From the NCBI GenBank assembly GCA_002269645.1, contig NIVC01003550.1, positions 1 through 30,510 of the forward strand: a DNA stretch of 30,510 bases, written 5' to 3'. The DNA is from Macrostomum lignano. Taxonomy: Eukaryota. A program made the translations under genes and the position numbers. The notes beneath the pieces were generated by a model, which searched no databases, was not told the DNA's origin, and was given only the letters and a program-made list of their open reading frames with translations. Of this stretch, positions 1 through 30,510 are shown in pieces (positions within the stretch are counted from its first letter, which is position 1; each line of letters begins with the position of its first letter).

Positions 1-1033
1 TTGAGAGTCGCCCCTGATCCCATTGAGAGTCGCCCCCTGATCCCATTTAAGAGTCGCCCCTGATCCCATTTGAGTGTCGCCCCTGATCCCATTTGAGTGT
101 CGCCCCTGATCCCATTTGAGTGTCGCCCCTGATCCCATTTGAGAGTCGCCCCTGATCCCATTTGAGAGTCGCCCCTGATCCCATTTGAGAGTCGCCCCTG
201 ATCCCATTTGAGAGTCGCCCCTGATCCCATTTGAGAGCCGCCCCTGATCCCATTTGAGTCGCCCCTGATCCCATTTGAGAGTCGCCCCTGATCCCATTTG
301 AGAGTCGCCCCTGATCCCATTTGAGAGTCGCCCCTGATCCCACTTGAGTGTCGCCCCTGATCCCATTTGAGTGTCGCCCTGATCCCATTTGAGTGTCGCC
401 CCTGATCCCATTTGAGAGTCGCCCCTGATCCCATTTGAGAGTCGCCCCTGATCCCATTTGAGAGTCGCCCCTGATCCCATTTGAGAGTCGCCCCTGATCC
501 CATTTGAGAGTCGCCCCTGATCCCATTTGAGTCGCCCCTGATCCCATTTGAGAATCGCCCCTGATCCCATTTGAGAGTCGCCCCTGATCCCATTTGAGAG
601 TCGCCCCTGATCCCATTTGAGAGTCGCCCCTGATCCCATTTGAGAGTCGCCCTGATCCATTTGAGAGTCGCCCCTGATCCCATTTGAGAGTCGCCCCTGA
701 TCCCATTTGAGAGTCGCCCCTGATCCCATTTGAGTGTCGCCCTGATCCCATTTGAGAGTCGCCCCTGATCCCATTTGAGAGTCGCCCCTGATCCCATTTG
801 AGAGTCGCCCCTGATCCCATTTGAGTGTCGCCCCTGATCCCATTTGAGAGTCGCCCCTGATCCTATTTGAGTGTCGCCCCTGATCCCATTTGAGAGTCGC
901 CCCTGATCCCATTTGAGAGTCGCCCCTGATCCCATTTGAGAGTCGCCCCTGATCCCATTTGAGAGTCGCCCCTGATCCCATTTGAGAGTCGCCCCTGATC
1001 CCATTTGAGTGTCACCCCTGATCCCATTTGAGA
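1..1033. repeat. 23-bp minisatellite (TTGAGAGTCGCCCCTGATCCCAT)n, about 45 copies, truncated by the window start
   Basis: Direct reading. Homogeneous, with occasional GAGTGT variants and single-base deletions. Confidence 0.97.
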
Positions 1034-1140
1034 ACATACACTCGCAACCCCCCTGATCTGCACTGGCCAGGCGCCTTACTTTTTAACCAAAATGCGACTT
1101 ACGTATCAAAGGAACCTAAGCAAAAACTTAACGTAATTTT

Positions 1141-1201
1141 GGGTAAACAGCGAGAGTAACTATAACTTTATTATTAGGGCTAAATGCCTCGTCGTCTAAT
1201 T
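1141..1201 (+). other. Degenerate 61-nt fragment resembling eukaryotic 28S rRNA helix 69-71 region (not a functional rRNA gene)
   Basis: 49/61 ungapped identity by hand to the recalled conserved sequence GGGTAAACGGCGGGAGTAACTATGACTCTCTTAAGGTAGCCAAATGCCTCGTCATCTAATT. Confidence 0.7.
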
Positions 1202-2166
1202 CGTATTTTGTCTATTTTTCGGGTGGGCATTTCTGCGACTTACCTTGGCTTGGCCCCTCGCCAGCCGGCCGGCTCGGCCGGGTGTTGCGCATGTATGCTT
1301 GAGAATCGCATTTAACCCGATTTTCAGAGCTGCCCCTGATAATTTTGAATAATTCATGATTTGGAAGCAGCAGCCATCGCAAACTTAATTAACTGACAGA
1401 CGCCTGTCTAGTACTCATCTATTTTGCTTATCTATTCCCCGGGTCTGATATTCGAGCTAACCAAACCGACTCTGCTGTTTTATGATTTATGTGGTTGTAT
1501 GTACTTTGAAGTGTTTTGCCTACATCGGCCTGTCTGGCTAATTTAATGCATATTGCTATATGCGTACTTTCTGTTCCAATCCTATATTAGAGTCAATCGG
1601 AAGGTTCAAAGTGCCTGTGCACTATAACAAGTATTTGTTAGTTATTAGAATTTAAATATGGCTGAACTATGGTTAAACGTCAGTTTTGTCTACTTTAAGT
1701 AGTAGAATTAACAAGATTTAATATTTAGCTAGCAATCAAAGCTTAATCCGATATGTATCGAAAAACGTCTATCTAGCAAAAATTGTTTTGCGAGTATTTA
1801 GCGAAATTTTGACTACTTATAGTAGACGACTCATATCAGGATACGAGCGTATATTAAAGCGACGAACAGCGACCGATATGTATCGAAATTATTTTAACAG
1901 AATTGCTTAATAGTATATAATTGAATTGAGGTTTCTATAATAAGTTGCCGATACTAGATAATTAAATAGCTTAATATTTAGTTATTTTGGTACTAGACCC
2001 TAAACCCGATATGTATTGAAAATACGTTTTTGTAGCACAATTGTGTTCATAAAATTTACTCGACTGCAAGCCAATATAAAATGTTTTTCTTTACAATTTA
2101 AAGTATTTCGTAGCTTGCCGATATTTATGGTAATTATATTGTATGTATGGTAACAATTTCTTCCAG

Positions 2167-26735
<24,569 letters not shown>

Positions 26736-26784
26736 TTGATTGTTTCATGCGAAAGATTTTAGATATCAATGAGAGGTGCCAATC

Positions 26785-27412
26785 CTGTTTCTAAGAAAAC
26801 TTCACATTTCTAAGAAAGTCCCCGATCTTTCTTAAGACCAACCCCACCCTTTCTAGGAAACCCAAGTCGCTTTCTAAGATCAACCCCACCCTTTCTAGGA
26901 AACCCAACTCTCTTTCTAAGATATACTCAACCTTTCTAAGAAACCCAACTCCTTTCTAATATCAACCCCACCCTTTCTAAAAAAACCCAACTCCTTTCTT
27001 CCTAAGATAAGCCTCATCCTTTTTAAGAAACCCAACTCATTTTCTAAGATCAACCCAACCCTTACTAAGAAACCCAACTCACTTTCCTCCTAAGATAAGC
27101 CTCATCCTTTCTAAGAAACCCAACTCGTTTTTAAGATAAGCCTCATCCTTTCTAAGAAACCCAACTCGTTTTTAAGAAAAGCCTCATCCTTTCTAAGAAA
27201 CCCAACTCGTTTTTAAGATAAGCCTCATCCTTTCTAAGAAACCCAACTCGTTTTTAAGATAAACCTCATCCTTTCTAAGAAACCCAACTCACCTTTCTAC
27301 GATAAGCCCCATCCTTTCTAAGAAACCCAACTCGTTTTTAAGATAAGCCTCATCCTTTCTAAGAAACCCAACTCACTTTCTTCCTAAGATAAAAGTAACC
27401 TTTCTAAGAAAA
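26785..27412. repeat. About 41-bp minisatellite (TTTCTAAGAAACCCAACTCGTTTTTAAGATAAGCCTCATCC)n just downstream of the stop codon
   Basis: Direct reading. Confidence 0.92.
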
Positions 27413-28019
27413 ACTTGTATTTCTGTGTTATTGTTAAATGCGGATTGGCCCATATTGTTGATATTTGGAATCTTCAATCATTCCTGCTAAATTGATAAAT
27501 TCGATCATTTGACATTGCTGGAGAGTTTCAGCCCCTAAAAAGTGTTGTCTTTGAACTAATTAGCTCGTAGTCAATGAATTTTTGCTTCAAGCTCTTCAAT
27601 TCATTCCAGCAATAAGTGTTTTGCTTATTTTAATTTTCACTGTTTAATCTGTTTGTTCCAATCCCCAGCTACCGGTCAAGTCCCCCCCATTTAACAGTTT
27701 GGATCAACCTTGATGCGACCCGCTGCAATGATATTTTATTCCGATCTGCTAACAGATTATGCTGCACACATGCACAAGCACTTCGAGCATTCCAAAGTTT
27801 ACACAAAATCAACTCTATACTAAGCTTTTCTGTCGATCTTAGTTAGCTGTATCTTTAATGTGAATTTGCAGTCGCCCCTTCTCCACTATTACAGTAGTGT
27901 TCTCAAATTGTCTCATATTGAAATCTTTTTAATTCCTGTGTGACAGTCCTAGCGCGCTGTGAACTCAAATTCATTATTTATATTATTATAAGTTATTATA
28001 ATAATATTATTATTATTAT

Positions 28020-28025
28020 AATAAA
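28020..28025 (+). promoter_or_regulatory. Candidate polyadenylation signal AATAAA for the NBEAL gene
   Basis: First canonical AATAAA I found after the stop. It lies in a very AT-rich tract, so it may be chance. Confidence 0.3.
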
Positions 28026-28314
28026 TATTAAAATATTTTCCTGTGTTATTGTGTCTGTCAGCCATATGCTAATTGTGAGATAAAGTGATCTTACCTCTTA
28101 ATTCGTTTTGGCCTATAGTTGAGTTAGTGTTGGCATGTAGAAATTTATAGTTAATTTCATCATCTATTTCTATGAATACTAAATTAATATTATCAATATA
28201 TAGTCAGCTTTTCAGCTTGTCACAGACACTGTGCTTTGCTCTGTGCTCTGAATGCAAAGTAAAATCAATTTAAAACTGATTGCGCAAAACTATTTTTAAT
28301 CTTTTGATTTCTGG

Positions 28315-29465
28315 GATGGGTCTGAGGGTCTGATTAGAGATGCAGGGTCTGACTAGAGATGCAGGGTCTGAGTAGAGATGCAGGGTCTGACTAGAGATGC
28401 AGGGTCTGACTAGAGATGCCGGGTCTGAGTAGAAATGCAGGGTCTGACTAGAGATGCAGGGTCTGACTAGAGATGCAGGGTCTGACTAGAGATGCAGGGT
28501 CTGAGTAGAAATGCAGGGTCTGACTAGAGATGCAGGGTCTGACTAGAGATGCCGGGTCTGAGTAGAATGCAGGGTCTGACTAGAGATCTGACTAGAGATG
28601 CAGGGTCTGACTAGAGATGCAGGGTCTGAGTAGAGATGCAGGGTCTGAGTAGAGATGTAGGGTCTGAGTAGAATGCAGGGTCTGAGTAGAGATTAGGGTC
28701 TGAGTAGAATGCAGGTGTGAGTAGAGATGTATAGGGTCTGAGTAGAGATGTAGGGTCTGAGTAGAGATGTAGGTCTGAGTAGAGATGGAGGTCTGAGTAG
28801 AGACTTGGAGATCTGAGTATAGACTTGGAGGTCTGAGTATAGAGATGTAGGGTCTGAGTAGAGACTTGAGGTCTGAGTAGAGATTGGAGGTCTGAGTAGA
28901 GACTTGGAGTCTGAGTATAGACTTGGAGTCTGAGTATAGAGTCTGAGTAGAGACTTGAGGTCTGAGTAGAGACTTGGAGGTCTGAGTAGAGACTTGGAGT
29001 TCTGAGTATAGAGATGTAGGGTCTGAGTAGAGACTTGAGGTCTGAGTAGAGACTTGGAGGTCTGAGTAGAGACTTGGAGATCTGAGTATAGACTTGGAGG
29101 TCTGAGTATAGAGATGTAGGGTCTGAGTAGAGACTTGAGGTCTGAGTAGAGATGTAGGGTCTGAGTAGAGACTTGAGGTCTGAGTAGAGATGTAGGGTCT
29201 GAGTAGAGACTTGGAGGTCTGAGTAGAGACTTGGAGTTCTGAGTATAGAGATGTAGGGTCTGAGTAGAGACTTGGAGGTCTGAGTAGAGACTTGGAGGTC
29301 TGAGTATAGAGATGTAGGGTCTGAGTAGAGATGTAGGGTCTGAGTAGAGATGTAGGGTCTGAGTAGAGACTTGGAGGTCTGAGTAGAGACTTGGAGATCT
29401 GAGTATAGACTTGGAGGTCTGAGTATAGAGATTTAGGGTCTGAGTAGAGACTCAAATGTTTGAGT
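28315..29465. repeat. 19-20-bp minisatellite (GGGTCTGAGTAGAGATGCA / GGTCTGAGTAGAGACTTGGA)n
   Basis: Direct reading. Confidence 0.95.
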
Positions 29466-29971
29466 AGAGGGTCTCAATCGGCAAATTCAGTCCATGGAGT
29501 CGCACCGCCCCCCCCCCAGTAGCAGTTCCAACAACCCTATCACAAAGCAAACAATGCAATGCAGCAATCGAGTTTTAGGGCAAATGATTCTATTTATCAT
29601 CAAAGTTTTGCAAGCGAGTCTCGGGGCAACGCCAGTGTGTCACTGCCGCTTCAGTCTCTTTGCATTTCACCGAAATCTCGGGCTCGCATCTGCGGCTCTG
29701 GAGAGTTTGCTTTTAGGCCGCACGAGTATCGGATTCTGGCTTTGCTTTTGTGTGTTTGCTTTTGCTTGCCTGGCGCTCGAGCAGGCCTAGAGAGGAAGCT
29801 GGTGCGCTGGTTCATCTCTCTGTGCTATCTCTACACTGGATGGAGCCCGGTGCTGCTAATTAGCATAATTGCTAGCTTTCCTGCATAATGACCGTTTAGG
29901 TGGGTCCGTTTCCTATGGCAGCTCGGGTCTGAGCTGGTTTCGGCTTTTCTGCATTGGAATGCATGTAGCTA

Positions 29972-30510
29972 GCGCCATCAAGAGAGACTGTGAGGCGCCA
30001 TCAAGAGAGACTGTGAGGCGCCATCAAGAGAGACTGTAAGGCGCCATCAAGAGAGACTGTGAGGCGCCATCAAGAGAGACTATGAGGCGCCATCAGAGAG
30101 ACTGTGAGGCGCCATCAAGAGAGACTGTGAGCCCATCAAGAGAGACTGTGAGCGCCATCAAGAGAGACTGTGAGGCGCCATCAAGAGAGACTGTGAGGCG
30201 CCATCAAGAGAGACTGTGAGGCGCATCAGAGAGAGACTGTGAGGTGCATCAGGAGAGACTGTGAGGTGCCATCAGGAGAGACTGTGAGGTGCCATCAGGA
30301 GAGACTGAGGCGCCATCAAGAGAGTCTGTGAGGTGCCATCAATATAAACTGTGAGGTGCCATCAGGAGAGACTGTGAGGCGCTATCAAGAGAGACTGTAA
30401 GGCGCTATCAAGAGAGACTGTGAGGCGCCATCAAGAGAGACTGTGAGGCGCCATCAAAGAGACTGAGGCGCCATCAAGAGAGACTGTGAGGCGCCATCAA
30501 TATAAACTGT
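29972..30510. repeat. 23-bp minisatellite (GAGGCGCCATCAAGAGAGACTGT)n, truncated by the window end
   Basis: Direct reading. Confidence 0.96.

Noticed and set aside
47-1063. Long ORFs in tandem arrays (also 3437-4256, 6511-7464, the SVCL/SIYL and QTDR ORFs, 13350-13964, 15384-15956, 21580-22172, 28592-29455)
   Set aside because: The peptide periodicity equals the DNA repeat unit, the ORFs lie in introns or flanks, and they have no protein homology. They are artefacts of stop-free units.
1141-1201. Functional rRNA gene
   Set aside because: Similarity covers only about 61 nt, and the flanks do not resemble 28S rRNA.
29494-29888. Plus-strand ORFs 29494-29790 and 29559-29888 with hydrophobic stretches
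   Set aside because: No recognisable family, and the hydrophobicity comes from T-rich low-complexity sequence.

Overview
This is eukaryotic (animal) genomic DNA, not prokaryotic. The window holds the 3' part of one plus-strand, intron-rich gene for a neurobeachin-like BEACH protein (NBEAL1/NBEAL2 family). I reconstructed 13 coding exons from 2167 to the stop at 26735. They total 5,159 nt, about 1,720 codons once two missing bases are restored, and encode an ARM-like/DUF4800-type region, PH-BEACH, BEACH and WD40 repeats. The 5' exons lie upstream of the window. All 12 introns are GT-AG with matching phases, apart from two apparent 1-nt deletions in G runs (23860-23863 and 26336-26338), which are either long-read assembly errors or real inactivating lesions. 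About 55% of the window (approximate boundaries) is tandem repeat: every intron and both flanks carry their own micro- or minisatellite. Several arrays appear seeded from the adjacent splice donor or are built from AG|GT units. Others carry kappaB-, AP-1-, STAT- or G-quadruplex-type motifs. A 61-nt fragment resembling the 28S rRNA helix 69-71 region (R2/I-PpoI target) lies at 1141-1201. GC-rich, Ala/Gly-rich exons among dense satellites suggest a free-living flatworm such as Macrostomum, but this is inference only. Most long ORFs in the supplied track are repeat artefacts.
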